This document shows, in pieces, positions 9,632 to 19,939 of a stretch of 64,000 nt of DNA. The position numbers and the translations under genes are program-made. This DNA is from Candidatus Gottesmanbacteria bacterium (GTDB lineage Bacteria; Patescibacteriota; Microgenomatia; UBA10105; UBA927), in the NCBI GenBank assembly GCA_903821745.1, contig CAIJMI010000005.1, positions 263,802 through 327,801 of the forward strand, read 5' to 3'. The notes under the pieces are model-generated. The model made no database searches, was not told where the DNA came from, and worked only from the letters and a program-made list of their open reading frames with translations. Every line of letters begins with the position of its first letter. The first letter of the stretch is position 1.

Positions 9632-10573
9632 ATGCATATCATTTTTTTTGGCTCCACCAACGATGCTCTTCTGATTGCAAAAGCAATTCATGCAAACTAT
9701 CCCCTTGCTGCCGTTGTCACGCAGCCTGCAAAACCCGTTGGACGGAATAAAACCATCACAAAAACACCGCTCGAACTGTGGGCAACGGAACAAAAAATTC
9801 CCTGCCTCACATTTGCAGCTGATGCAGAACACGGATGGAAATACAACAATGACGCAGCGGTTACCAATAGTCTTGCAACATGGAAACCAGATCTCTTTAT
9901 CACGGCCTGTTACGGACAAAAACTACCAAGTGACGCACTGGCTCTTCCAACCATTGGAGCGCTGAACATTCACCCATCCCTCTTGCCTCGGTGGCGCGGA
10001 GCAGATCCGGTTCCTTGGACCATTATTGCAGGCGATGCGCAAACCGGGGTTACCATTTCGACAATCACGAATACGTTTGACAGTGGAGACATTGTCGCAC
10101 AGAAAAAAAGAGCAGTAACACTGCATGATCAACCGGATGCACTGCGTACCACATTGTTTACCATGGGGGCAGAGCTTCTTCTTGAAATACTTCCTGCATA
10201 TAGCAAAAGAAGCATCAAACCAACACCACAAAAACAAGAAGATGTCGTGATTGCACGAAAACTCACACGGGACGATGGATATATTCCGTATGACCTTGTC
10301 CAAGAAGCGATTGTTGGCCATGACGTAAAACGCGAAAAACGAACTGGTCTTACTGCAGCAATTGACCAACCCCTTCCGGAAACCATTGTTCGACTTGGTC
10401 GTGCACTTTCTCCGTGGCCAGGTATCTGGACAACCGTCACCTATGAAGGGAAAGATATGCGGGTAAAACTCTTCGACCTCACGCTGACCGGCAACACACT
10501 TTCCATTGGAAAAGTGCAACGGGAAGGGAAAAACCCGACAGACTGGAAAACGTTTCAGCAAGCGTATCTGTAA
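9632..10573 (+). CDS. fmt: Methionyl-tRNA formyltransferase
   Basis: VVTQP.KP.GR, NIHPSLLPRWRGA.P, PWPG; follows def. Confidence 0.95.
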   Translation: MHIIFFGSTNDALLIAKAIHANYPLAAVVTQPAKPVGRNKTITKTPLELWATEQKIPCLTFAADAEHGWKYNNDAAVTNSLATWKPDLFITACYGQKLPSDALALPTIGALNIHPSLLPRWRGADPVPWTIIAGDAQTGVTISTITNTFDSGDIVAQKKRAVTLHDQPDALRTTLFTMGAELLLEILPAYSKRSIKPTPQKQEDVVIARKLTRDDGYIPYDLVQEAIVGHDVKREKRTGLTAAIDQPLPETIVRLGRALSPWPGIWTTVTYEGKDMRVKLFDLTLTGNTLSIGKVQREGKNPTDWKTFQQAYL

Positions 10574-10574
10574 C

Positions 10575-10856
10575 TTACTTCATTTTTGCTTCACAGAAGA
10601 ATGCCAGACACCCATTCGTATCACGTTTGAACGTCCATCCTCCAGCACAATCCTCTGCTCGCGGGGTCGTGAGTTCCGGACACGCAAGTCCTGCTTTACT
10701 TCGAAGATCAAAACTGACTTTGTTCATTTGCGTGAGCACCACAACCAGCAAAATGAACGCAAGCGTCAAAAACAACACAAAGTTCCACGCCGAAAGATCA
10801 AACAGCTTTTTAGGTGCGTTTACGTTTGATACGGTTCGACGGATTTTTTTGGTCAT
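10575..10856 (-). CDS. Small single-TM protein with a four-Cys extracellular tail
   Basis: MTKKIRR..., TM WNFVLFLTLAFILLVVVL, then DLRSKA and C-x10-C-x12-C-x4-C. Confidence 0.65.
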   Translation of the reverse strand: MTKKIRRTVSNVNAPKKLFDLSAWNFVLFLTLAFILLVVVLTQMNKVSFDLRSKAGLACPELTTPRAEDCAGGWTFKRDTNGCLAFFCEAKMK

Positions 10857-10926
10857 ATAAATCTCCTCTATATGTTCAGAGTACGTGAGTTTTGAAATGC
10901 TGTCAATAAGAAGTTTGAGGTAAAAA

Positions 10927-11172
10927 TTACTTAGCAGAAGCGGCAAGTCGTTGCTTTGCATCAAACCGTGCGCGTTTGATACAGGATGTGCATGCACGGA
11001 CACGGGTCATCACGCCACCAACGGGGATCGTCACGACATGCAAATTTGGTGCAAAGGACCGAAGCGTTGTTTGTGCACGTTTTTTCCACTGTCCTCCAGC
11101 AACACCGGTGTGGTGTGTATGCTGTCGTCCAGCGCGCGTCTTTTTTGAACAAATATCACAGGTATATGCCAT
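10927..11172 (-). CDS. rpmB: 50S ribosomal protein L28
   Basis: MAYTCDICSK...R.F.PNL...RVRACTSCIK, Zn-ribbon type. Confidence 0.9.
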   Translation of the reverse strand: MAYTCDICSKKTRAGRQHTHHTGVAGGQWKKRAQTTLRSFAPNLHVVTIPVGGVMTRVRACTSCIKRARFDAKQRLAASAK

Positions 11173-11224
11173 ATCAGTTTTTTTTGTTTGGACCATTTCC
11201 GAACAATGCGTTATACTATACCAC

Positions 11225-11878
11225 ATGCTGCTATCTCACTTCAATAACCTATATGAGTTCCTTGCTATTATCATCGCATTCGTTATTGCGTTAACACTGC
11301 ACGAATTTGCGCATGCATGGATTGCGGATCGGCTGGGTGACCCGACAGCAAGGCTTTTAGGCAGACTGACCGTACATCCAAAAGCACATCTTGACCCCCT
11401 GGGCACCCTCATGATCTTGTTTGCTTCCTTCGGGTGGGCAAAACCGGTTCCCTTTGATCCGTATAACCTCAAAAGTCCACGTCGCGATACGATGCTTATC
11501 TCTCTTGCAGGCCCTGCAATGAACGTACTCATAGCAGGAATTGCTGCATTGCTTCTACGACTGTTTCTTTTAGTCCCGCTTGCTGCATCGCTTTGGTTTC
11601 TCGTTCCTGTATTCAACCTCCTGGTGACGACGTTTTCTATGCTCGTGATAGTAAATGTAAACTTAGCAATTTTTAATCTCATTCCAATTCATCCCCTGGA
11701 CGGATTTAAAATTGTGGAAGGTATGTTGCCGGAGCGAGCTGCCCGTCAGTGGGCATCCCTCCAAAGTCTTGGCATTATTATGCTCTTCATTTTTGTACTT
11801 CCTTTGTTTGGATCTTCCCCCGTACTCCGATTCATCACTCCCATCATCACTGCCATCACAAACGTTCTTCTTCCATAA
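11225..11878 (+). CDS. Site-2 protease, peptidase M50
   Basis: HEFAH, LAGP.MN, FNLIPIHPLDG. Confidence 0.93.
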   Translation: MLLSHFNNLYEFLAIIIAFVIALTLHEFAHAWIADRLGDPTARLLGRLTVHPKAHLDPLGTLMILFASFGWAKPVPFDPYNLKSPRRDTMLISLAGPAMNVLIAGIAALLLRLFLLVPLAASLWFLVPVFNLLVTTFSMLVIVNVNLAIFNLIPIHPLDGFKIVEGMLPERAARQWASLQSLGIIMLFIFVLPLFGSSPVLRFITPIITAITNVLLP

Positions 11879-11908
11879 ACCGAATAAACTTGCTACAATG
11901 GGGAAATT

Positions 11909-12541
11909 ATGGAGATACAAACATTTATGACACAACCAACCCCCAAAGAACAATATGCACCTGCAGCATTTTTGATGACCGCAGACAGCACGAAAATCCG
12001 TTGCGTTGATGAACGGGAAGCGAAAGATGTCATCAATAACGGCGTTGCTGTTCCAGGTGGAATTTACGGCGTCATCGATACCATTAAAGTAACAGCTGGC
12101 GTGAGCGAAGAGGCAGCATGGCAGATGGCACAAAACGCAGGGATTCCCATTGGTGGACACATGGATGAACATCATGGACCAAAAGGATGCGGATATGGAA
12201 AACTGGTAGAAACAGAACCTGCAACTGTCGGTGCAACCGAAGCTATTCCCGCAGAGATCCGGAAAAATCGCATCGAGCAAGCGCATGGCGAACTCGTGAC
12301 ACTTCTTGGCGATCATCACCCGACGGAAGCCATCATCAATTCCCGTCAGGGAACGACCATTGATACAAAAAAAGCGTCACAGAGTGGACGCGGTATTTTT
12401 GATTTTGACGTCTGGGCAATGGAAGGCTATGCAGAAAAACTACAGCTTGATCCGGGAACGTTTACGAGTCATATGATTGATGTGTACAAAAAAACCGTCA
12501 CTAAATTAACGGGCATCACAACGTTTACGGAAGTAAAATAA
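11909..12541 (+). CDS. Zeta-class (CDCA, cadmium-type) carbonic anhydrase, single repeat
   Basis: CVDER, PGGIYG, HMD...GCGY, G.H...IIN, FDFDVWA match the CDCA repeat pattern (CVDGR, PGGIY, HGD, GCGF, F.VDGWA). Confidence 0.8.
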   Translation: MEIQTFMTQPTPKEQYAPAAFLMTADSTKIRCVDEREAKDVINNGVAVPGGIYGVIDTIKVTAGVSEEAAWQMAQNAGIPIGGHMDEHHGPKGCGYGKLVETEPATVGATEAIPAEIRKNRIEQAHGELVTLLGDHHPTEAIINSRQGTTIDTKKASQSGRGIFDFDVWAMEGYAEKLQLDPGTFTSHMIDVYKKTVTKLTGITTFTEVK

Positions 12542-12544
12542 TAT

Positions 12545-13106
12545 ATGCGTGCTTACTTTACCGCATCGATTGTCGGGAAAAAGTATCACCTTACCAACTA
12601 TAAACGGATCATTGAATTTCTGGAAAAACACGGCATCGAAGTAGCTGCCGATCACATCCTCAACACGACAGAAGAACAGATCCATTTTGAAACCCGGGAA
12701 CAACGGGTCAAAATGCAAAAAAAATTCGAGGAATGGGTCAATGAAGCAGACTTTGTCGTAGTAGAAGCCAGCTTCCCCTCCATTTCCGTCGGCTATGAAA
12801 TTGCCCTTGCTGTCCATCGAGGAAAACCAGTCTTGGTCCTCTACAGCGAAGGAGATCCCCCGTCTCTCATCATCAACAACGAAGAGGAAAAGCTCGTGGT
12901 AGAAAAGTACAACAAGGAAACTCTTCCAACACTTATTGATGATTTCGTCAACTACTACAAAGGTGAGGGTGACACCCGATTTACCTTTTTCATTACCTCA
13001 AAAATAGCTGCATTTTTGGCCAAACAGGCCAAAAAGAACAAAGTACCGAAATCCGGTCTACCTTCGCTCGCTCATCATGCAGGACATGAAAACCCGTACA
13101 GCCTAA
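12545..13106 (+). CDS. Nucleoside 2-deoxyribosyltransferase-like domain fused to a ribbon-helix-helix; apparent +1 frameshift near 13055
   Basis: AYFTASI, ADFVVVEAS.PS..VGYEIALA...GKPVLVL; then RFTFFIT...L...AKK.KVPKS, continuing as VYLRSLIMQDMKTRTA* only after removing one G (ORF track frame ends 13171). Confidence 0.7.
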
Positions 13107-13178
13107 ATATACATAACCGTGATGCAGTGACAGACACCGCATCCCCTGTATACTCGTTCTATGCAGACTAAAAATACT

Positions 13179-13334
13179 ATGCTATTGATGTGGAAAAAGA
13201 ACGTCGAGTTCTGGACCAATCTCGTCCCTAAGGCATGGGACCGTCTTCCCTTGGACGGAAAACTTGCATGGATCATGATCATCACCTACACCATTTGTTT
13301 CCTCACCCTCATGGAGGTATTGCTGTTAAAATAA
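13179..13334 (+). CDS. Small membrane protein (51 aa)
   Basis: Manual translation MLLMWKKNVEFWTNLVPKAWDRLPLDGKLAWIMIITYTICFLTLMEVLLLK*; one TM helix. Confidence 0.55.
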   Translation: MLLMWKKNVEFWTNLVPKAWDRLPLDGKLAWIMIITYTICFLTLMEVLLLK

Positions 13335-13392
13335 CAATGCATACTTCCATTAATGTACGGTTGATAAATCAACCACAATAACATGCAACCCA

Positions 13393-13716
13393 TTATTTCA
13401 ATCGTTTCAGGAGTGTCTGGTGATAGTACGGGGTATCTACAAGCATTCTAGTGAGTTCAAAAAACCCGCGGTCAATCAAATGATAATACACTTCTCTGCC
13501 TTCTGTTCGTTTTCCCACCCATCCGCTCTTCTCAAGTATCTTCATATGATGAGACACTAAATTCTGTGCTTCATCAATATCAATCACAATTTCATGAAGC
13601 GGGAGTTCACCATGGGCCAAGGTATAGAGAATTGCCAAACGAATCCAGTGTGCTGGACCCTGCATCTTTTTTTCAAATAGCCGTGTTTTTTCTTTAAGTC
13701 GAATGCCAGTAAGCAT
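13393..13716 (-). CDS. ArsR/SmtB-family transcriptional regulator
   Basis: RLAIL..L, Q.LVSHHMKILE.SGWV.KR.EGREVYY. Confidence 0.88.
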   Translation of the reverse strand: MLTGIRLKEKTRLFEKKMQGPAHWIRLAILYTLAHGELPLHEIVIDIDEAQNLVSHHMKILEKSGWVGKRTEGREVYYHLIDRGFFELTRMLVDTPYYHQTLLKRLK

Positions 13717-14050
13717 AGATCTATCGTACCACGAAATGGAAAAAACGATATATACAAAAGGAACCTTAGTAAAAAAGAAGAAAAATAATTTCGCTCGAAG
13801 GGTTGTAAAGGTTTTCCCCGTCTAGAACTATTTGGTAGGACTGATCATTTGCCCTCGGGCAAGCGATACTGTCGTCCTGTAGCGTTTGATAAATATAACA
13901 AACGCGAACCTCATTGATGAGAAATTTGTAGAGGAAAAATCGCTTTACAAATATTCCCTTCAGAGCAGATATAAGCGTAGAACAAAAAACAGATGATGTC
14001 AAGAAAATTATGAAAAAAGGTATAATATATCTGTACTCTATATAAAAAGT

Positions 14051-14644
14051 ATGAAAACTATCTATTTTGTTCGCCACGGGGATAAAGTTATTGATATTGG
14101 TAATGTCGGTTTAACCGAAGTAGGAAAAAAACAAGCGGAAAATACAGCTAACTTTTTTAAGAAAAAATCTATTGACTATCTACTTTCAAGCCCTTATAAA
14201 CGTACCGCCGAGACTGCAAACATTATTAGTTCTAATATACACATTCCAGTTATTTTTGATGAACGACTAAAAGAACGGATGTTTTTCGGCGAAATTCCAA
14301 ACATTAATTACCAACAATACATCTCACTTTGTGCAAAATCATCCATTCATAGAGATTATATTTTACCGAATGGAGTTTCGTCATACTTGGTAGGAAAAAG
14401 AGTCACCGAATTAGTTGATGAAATTATTAACTCCAATCATACAAATATAGTTATTGTCTCACATTTAGGCACAATTGCAGATTATATTAGAAATATTTTT
14501 TCTAAGCGCATTCTTAGAGAACAACAACCTGAATTTGTTAAAACGTTTGATTTAAAACTCGCCTCTATTACCGCTATCGCGTATACGAATTTAAACGCTC
14601 GAATATTAACACTAGGCTCAACTCTTCATTTAGATAAATTCTAA
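14051..14644 (+). CDS. Histidine phosphatase (phosphoglycerate mutase) family protein
   Basis: IYFVRHG, SSPYKR..ETA, ERLKE, VSH.G.I. Confidence 0.9.
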   Translation: MKTIYFVRHGDKVIDIGNVGLTEVGKKQAENTANFFKKKSIDYLLSSPYKRTAETANIISSNIHIPVIFDERLKERMFFGEIPNINYQQYISLCAKSSIHRDYILPNGVSSYLVGKRVTELVDEIINSNHTNIVIVSHLGTIADYIRNIFSKRILREQQPEFVKTFDLKLASITAIAYTNLNARILTLGSTLHLDKF

Positions 14645-14684
14645 AAAATTGAATTTAGCTTGTTAAAGCAATATAATCTAGCAT

Positions 14685-15242
14685 ATGTCCGCTGAAGTTA
14701 TTCGGTATTCTGTTCTAGAAAGCTATCAAAATCATCCAATTGAATCACCAATTAATTTGAATGTCTATGAAAAAAATGTATCTGCTTTTTCGAAAAGCAC
14801 CGTGTTCTTCGGCACGGATCAGGACAATAATCATATTGCTTTAAAACTGTCGGCCTATCCTTGGGGTGCACGAAGAGAATGGAAAGGTTTACAAATAGCA
14901 TATTCACACAATATACCCACACCCGAACCATTTGATCTTGTTAAAACAGAAAACGGTGTCTTAGGTATCACAAGTAGAAAATTTGATGGAGTAAATTTAT
15001 ATACAAACTCGGCACCAGAGTTAAAAGCTCTTTTTGGCTCGATTATAAATACTATGCACAATACTGTCCCTGTTGAAGGAACTGAATGGAAAAACTCAGG
15101 TAAAATGGACTTCACATACTTCGATAAGGAAATAGAACGCTGGAATTCCGCAAGATTACCTGAGCTACAAAAGAAAAATAGATCACAAAAACTTTTAGAA
15201 AAATTTTCAAAAGCAGTTCATGATCAGAAAACTAGTTTTTAA
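14685..15242 (+). pseudogene. Aminoglycoside phosphotransferase/kinase-like protein, C-terminally truncated
   Basis: ALK, AR.EW.GL, IPTPEP, G.....MH N-lobe features; ends before any HxD catalytic loop or DFG-like motif and overlaps the convergent YcaO fragment. Confidence 0.65.
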
Positions 15243-16055
15243 ACCGCAATGAATTGCCGGACCTATTCCTGTTCTGTCAACTAAAATGGTCACAAAAGTC
15301 GGAACACCAAGATCAGAAGTAATATCCATGATATGTCCTTCAATTCGATACCGATTTAATATACTCAACAAAGTTGTAATTCGCGCATCAGGGATTTTCT
15401 CCAAATCTACTTTATCATTCTCTAATTTATTCAAATAACTGATCATAAAAGCATCTCTTTCAATCACCTCATATATACCTCTCACTAAAGCTGATGCTAA
15501 ACACCCTCCAGCCGCAGCACCAGTACTAATAGGTACTGATAGCATTCCCTCATGTTCTTGAAATCTATAAGAATGATATATTAGATGCGCGGGTATATAC
15601 TTCTCACCATTTTGAGTTAAATTTTTGCACAAAACCCAATTATATCGAGTCGTTTCGTCGCAAGACCCTATATTTTGTTTTTCTAAAAATGAAAGCGGTG
15701 ATAAATCAATAGCTTTCTTCTTGATATCTTTATATGAAGAAAAAACAAACGAATGCTTTCTATAAATAGTACAGGCATATCGTTCTATAGCTTCAGATAT
15801 ACATTTAAGTAAAGCGATATCTTCTGAATATAGTGAAGCACCGTTTGACCGTTTAGAATCTACATCCCAACCATCTGTTTCTTTAGAAAAATCGTTAAGT
15901 TCCGCCGTAAATTAATAAAACTTTGGTTCATCACTAAATTGATGAACTCTAAATACTGATCGAATAAAATTCAGCTCTGGAAATAAAGATAAAAAATCCA
16001 GAAGTGATTGTTGAACACTTTTCTCATTTTGAGAGAATATATTCTCACTTATCAT
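15207..16055 (-). pseudogene. YcaO-family cyclodehydratase pseudogene
   Basis: From ATG 16055: ...DEPKFY*FTAEL (in-frame TAA 15912-15914)...A.LKCISEAIERY...STGAAAG...RGIYEVIERDAF; only about 280 codons, C-terminal half missing. Confidence 0.85.
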
Positions 16056-16161
16056 ATGCCAAGACGACTTTCAACCGATTATTATACCAACATACATAAA
16101 AGTCAATAAATTCCAACTTGGACGCATCCAGTATTTACGATATAATGACAACTATCACATT

Positions 16162-16246
16162 GTCAGGATGGCAGAGTGGACAATCGCAACAGTCTGTAAA
16201 ACTGTCGCCTTAACGGGCTACCCAGGTTCGAATCCTGGTCCTGACA
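16162..16246 (+). tRNA. tRNA-Tyr(GTA)
   Basis: GTCAGGA/TCCTGAC acceptor, ACAGT-CT-GTA-AA-ACTGT anticodon arm, long variable arm, GTTCGAATC; CCA not encoded. Confidence 0.95.
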
Positions 16247-16260
16247 CAATGACTATTCAT

Positions 16261-16335
16261 GCCGAGATAGCTCAGTGGTAGAGCAACTGTTTTGTAAACA
16301 GTAGGTCCGGGGTCCGAATCCCCGCCTCGGCTCCA
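16261..16335 (+). tRNA. tRNA-Thr(TGT)
   Basis: ACTGT-TT-TGT-AA-ACAGT anticodon arm, CCA encoded; T-loop reads GTCCGAATC. Confidence 0.93.
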
Positions 16336-16347
16336 AATACCTTTTCT

Positions 16348-17025
16348 TCAAAGAACCCTTCGTTTTTTCAAATGCAGATACGGCGTACGTTCTGCTTCCA
16401 CTACAAAATCATATTTGTCAGTATCAAGGCAAAATGAAAAATCATCCTCAGGAAATTCTGGTTTTTCTGGATCAAAAAACCAAGATGATCTGTACCGTTT
16501 CCGCAGTTGTTTTACAATTCCATTCATGTCTGATTGTTTTCCTTTAAGGAAATCTATCATATAGTCGGCAAACAAATCATCTTCAGTGCCTACTCCTGCA
16601 AGTACAAGAAATGACACTGTTTCTGGTGTTACGTGTTTAATCAAAGAACAAATAGCTCCTGCAGTGACAAATCCACCAAATACCAATGTCGTTGCACGTG
16701 TTGCACGAACCAATCCTTGCGTTCCTTGTGTTGACCGGTGCACTATGGTAATTCCAGTAAGATCAACAGAAGAAATAAGAAAGGGAGAATTCCCATAATC
16801 AAACCCAGGAATTGGTATTCCATGATCCTCACCCATCATGCGCGTATTCGGGTGCAGTGCTTTGAAAGCAAAAGCATCTTCTTTTGTTGTAACAGGAATA
16901 ATTTCTTGTGCCCCCTGAGATAACGCACATGCAGCGGTCGTTGCCGCACGGAAGACGTCAATCATCACGACAAAATCTGTTGCTTCTTTCGCCTGCTCAA
17001 CTCCATAAAACTTTTTGATATGCAT
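16348..17025 (-). CDS. 2-phosphosulfolactate phosphatase (ComB) family protein
   Basis: VVMIDVFRAATT, GE..G....GFDYGNSP, STQGTQ, ED.L.A. Confidence 0.88.
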   Translation of the reverse strand: MHIKKFYGVEQAKEATDFVVMIDVFRAATTAACALSQGAQEIIPVTTKEDAFAFKALHPNTRMMGEDHGIPIPGFDYGNSPFLISSVDLTGITIVHRSTQGTQGLVRATRATTLVFGGFVTAGAICSLIKHVTPETVSFLVLAGVGTEDDLFADYMIDFLKGKQSDMNGIVKQLRKRYRSSWFFDPEKPEFPEDDFSFCLDTDKYDFVVEAERTPYLHLKKRRVL

Positions 17026-17073
17026 GATTGACCTCTTGCAAAAATATACTCCTTCTATATATAGTATGTATAT

Positions 17074-17559
17074 ATGGAAAACGAAAAAACAACCCAAGAG
17101 GGGGAAACCTCAAGCGTATACATCATTGGTGCCGTCATCGTGGTTGCCATGATCATTGCGGGTGTGCTGCTTTGGCCAAAACCAAAACCAGTACCAACGA
17201 CAACAACCCCAGTTGTTGAAGAAAAGGCAATGATTTCAAAATTGTCATGTGACAAACAATGGTTCAATCCGATGATCGGATTTTCCAAATACTATCTCTC
17301 TGCGGAAGGAGCAACACTGTTAACCAGCAAAGGGATCATCTGTACATTTACGGTTACCGCAAATGCTGATGGAAAAGTCCTTGCAACCGAGGATGTTCCC
17401 GGTGTGTTAAGTCCAGCAAATGAACGGGGTGGACAAAAATATCAATGCACCAGTAAAGCAATCGAGATTGCAAAAGTCGCTGCAACCATGAAAACGACTG
17501 TCAAAGATGATCAGGGGGCAACTGCCTCCTGTGCAGCAGGAGCAATGAACCTGCAATAA
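17074..17559 (+). CDS. Hypothetical membrane-anchored protein
   Basis: N-terminal TM, PKPKPVPTTTTP linker, four Cys. Confidence 0.75.
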   Translation: MENEKTTQEGETSSVYIIGAVIVVAMIIAGVLLWPKPKPVPTTTTPVVEEKAMISKLSCDKQWFNPMIGFSKYYLSAEGATLLTSKGIICTFTVTANADGKVLATEDVPGVLSPANERGGQKYQCTSKAIEIAKVAATMKTTVKDDQGATASCAAGAMNLQ

Positions 17560-17580
17560 CAGTAACGCAAAAAGTATATA

Positions 17581-17613
17581 AAAAATACGGGACGCACTGT
17601 CCCGTATTTTTTT
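17581..17613. terminator. Bidirectional intrinsic terminator
   Basis: AAAATACGGGAC-gcact-GTCCCGTATTTT flanked by A and T tracts between convergent genes. Confidence 0.85.
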
Positions 17614-17635
17614 GTATTCTCTTGTCTTTCTAATA

Positions 17636-18847
17636 TTAAATAATCCCCAACTCTTTACCCACTTTTGCAAATGCCGCAATGCCAAAATCCAAATCTTTTT
17701 TCGTATGGCTTGCAGATGGCATGACACGAATACGTGCTTTGCCAAGTGCAACCATTGGGAATTTAATTGGCGTTGCAAAGACATGATGGTCAAAAAGTTT
17801 CATGCTAAATGTTTTTGCAAGATTCTCATCCCCAATCATGACTGGGGTTATTGGCGTTTCAGAAACGCCGGTATTAAACCCGAGTTTTTTAAATTCCTTT
17901 TTCAAATACGCACCATTTGCCCACACCTTCTTCACCAACGCATCAGATTTGGTAAGCATAGATATTGCCTCAATCAGTGCTGCAGTATCAGGAATAGTGA
18001 GACCTGTTGAAAATGCAAATGGTCGGGCTTTTTGCCGATAATATTCAATGAGCTCTTTCTTTCCGGCAATCACACCTCCAACAACACCAAGTGCTTTGGA
18101 AAATGTTCCGACTTCAATATCCACTTGTCCATGTAAATGGAAGTGGTCAACGATGCCTCGTCCAAAATTTCCCAATACTCCTTCTCCATGTGCATCATCT
18201 GTCATGGTGATAGCACCATATTTCTTTGCAAGTTTGACGATCTCAGGAAGTGGTGCAATGTCTCCATCCATAGAAAACACACCATCCGTCACAATAAGAA
18301 CCAACCGTTTACTTCCATCGACCCGTGGTGTTTGTGCGAGTGGTTGGACCTCTTTCAATTTCATCTCCAAATCCTGCATGTTGTTGTGCTTGTATATGAA
18401 CTTGTTTCCAATCTGCGCAATCTTCACCGCATCAATGATAGATGCATGATTGAGCTCATCAGAAATCACGATGTCTTCTTTTCCCATGATGGTTTGAATG
18501 GCAATGATATTTGCGATAAATCCACCCTGCACCACAAGTGCTGCTTCACATTTTTTAAATTTTGCCATTTCTTCTTCGAGCTTCAAGTGGAGTACATTGG
18601 TTCCGGATAACGTTCGCACGGCTCCCGGACCGACACCGTATTTTTTGACCGCTGCAATTGCTGCTTTTCCGACCCTCGGATTGCCGGCAAGCCCTAAATA
18701 ATTATTGGAACAAAAATTCAATACTTTTTTTCCGTTTACCTTCAGCCATGCACCCTGTGGGGATTCCACAGTTCTAATAGTGCTATACAGTCCCTTCTCT
18801 TTCATCGCGGCTATTTGGTCATAAAACGGTTGTAATGGATCAGTCAT
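17636..18847 (-). CDS. kbl: Glycine C-acetyltransferase (2-amino-3-ketobutyrate CoA ligase)
   Basis: [51 protein letters not shown]; downstream of threonine dehydrogenase. Confidence 0.88.
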   Translation of the reverse strand: MTDPLQPFYDQIAAMKEKGLYSTIRTVESPQGAWLKVNGKKVLNFCSNNYLGLAGNPRVGKAAIAAVKKYGVGPGAVRTLSGTNVLHLKLEEEMAKFKKCEAALVVQGGFIANIIAIQTIMGKEDIVISDELNHASIIDAVKIAQIGNKFIYKHNNMQDLEMKLKEVQPLAQTPRVDGSKRLVLIVTDGVFSMDGDIAPLPEIVKLAKKYGAITMTDDAHGEGVLGNFGRGIVDHFHLHGQVDIEVGTFSKALGVVGGVIAGKKELIEYYRQKARPFAFSTGLTIPDTAALIEAISMLTKSDALVKKVWANGAYLKKEFKKLGFNTGVSETPITPVMIGDENLAKTFSMKLFDHHVFATPIKFPMVALGKARIRVMPSASHTKKDLDFGIAAFAKVGKELGII

Positions 18848-18858
18848 GGTCCTCCTTT

Positions 18859-19800
18859 TTAGGCAAGAGAAAATTTTTTCTTTAATGCAATAATCATGGT
18901 TTCTGTCATTTTCGGCAACGTGTATTCGTGGTTCCATCCCCAATCTTTCCGGGCAACCGAATCATCAATAGACTGCGGCCAGCTGTCGGCAATGGCCTGA
19001 TGAAAATCCGGTTTGTATGTTACGTCAACTTTCAACTGTTTGTTGATTTCTTTCGCAAGTTCCTCTGCAGTAAAACTAATAGCAGCGAGGTTGTAACTCG
19101 TATGGATGGTAAGTTTTGAAGGGTCTGCTTCCATCAGTTCCATCGTCCCCCGTACCGCATCATCCATATACATCATGGGCAAGGTGGTATCAGGCCGAAC
19201 GAAACATTCGTAGCTTCCTTTTTGTAACCCGTCATAAAAAATGGCAACCGCATAATCTGTTGTTCCGCCACCGGGTGGTGTTTTCCAACTGATGATGCCG
19301 GGATACCGAACCGATCGGATATCCACACCAAATTTTTTGTGGTAATACGCAACCAACAGTTCTCCAGCAACTTTTGTGACCCCATACATCGTGGTCGGTT
19401 CAAGCACTGTTTGTTGTGGTGTGTTGACGCGGGGGGTAGTTGGACCGAATGCAGCAATGGAACTTGGCCAAAACACCTGCAGGTTGTACTTCACCGCAAG
19501 GTCTAAAATAATTTTTAATCCCCCCATGTTAATCTGCCAGGTCAAGGAAGGATCCACTTCTCCTTTTGCAGAAAGAAGCGATACGAGATGATAGACCGTA
19601 TCAATGGAATATTTTTTAATAATTGCTTCCAACTTGTCTCCCTCACCGATCTCCGCTTGCTCAACGATTCCTTGAAAATCTTTTGGAATCGTGTGATGAC
19701 CAATCGCAACCACGTGATCAACCCCAAATTTTTTCTGAAGCGCTGGAACGAGTTCACTGCCAATTTGTCCAAATGCTCCGGTAACCAAAATATTGTTCAT
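18859..19800 (-). CDS. tdh: L-threonine 3-dehydrogenase, SDR/epimerase type
   Basis: [42 protein letters not shown]. Confidence 0.9.
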   Translation of the reverse strand: MNNILVTGAFGQIGSELVPALQKKFGVDHVVAIGHHTIPKDFQGIVEQAEIGEGDKLEAIIKKYSIDTVYHLVSLLSAKGEVDPSLTWQINMGGLKIILDLAVKYNLQVFWPSSIAAFGPTTPRVNTPQQTVLEPTTMYGVTKVAGELLVAYYHKKFGVDIRSVRYPGIISWKTPPGGGTTDYAVAIFYDGLQKGSYECFVRPDTTLPMMYMDDAVRGTMELMEADPSKLTIHTSYNLAAISFTAEELAKEINKQLKVDVTYKPDFHQAIADSWPQSIDDSVARKDWGWNHEYTLPKMTETMIIALKKKFSLA

Positions 19801-19939
19801 AGACTTTTTCTCCTATATATACTTAGTCGAAAACCAATACAAAATCATGCGGATGAAAACTACATCCATACTGTATCGGTGCAGCAAAAAAAAGTCAACA
19901 ATACAAAGAGAAGAAATATTTGATAAAATGAAAACCATT

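Noticed and set aside
13766-14077. 103-aa minus-strand ORF and a TTGCCC/GGGCAA hairpin at the island's left edge
   Set aside because: ORF overlaps the phosphatase start and promoter; no att-like duplication of a tRNA 3' end found
16348-17025. Coenzyme M biosynthesis
   Set aside because: ComB-like phosphatases are widespread orphans; no comA/C/D/E nearby
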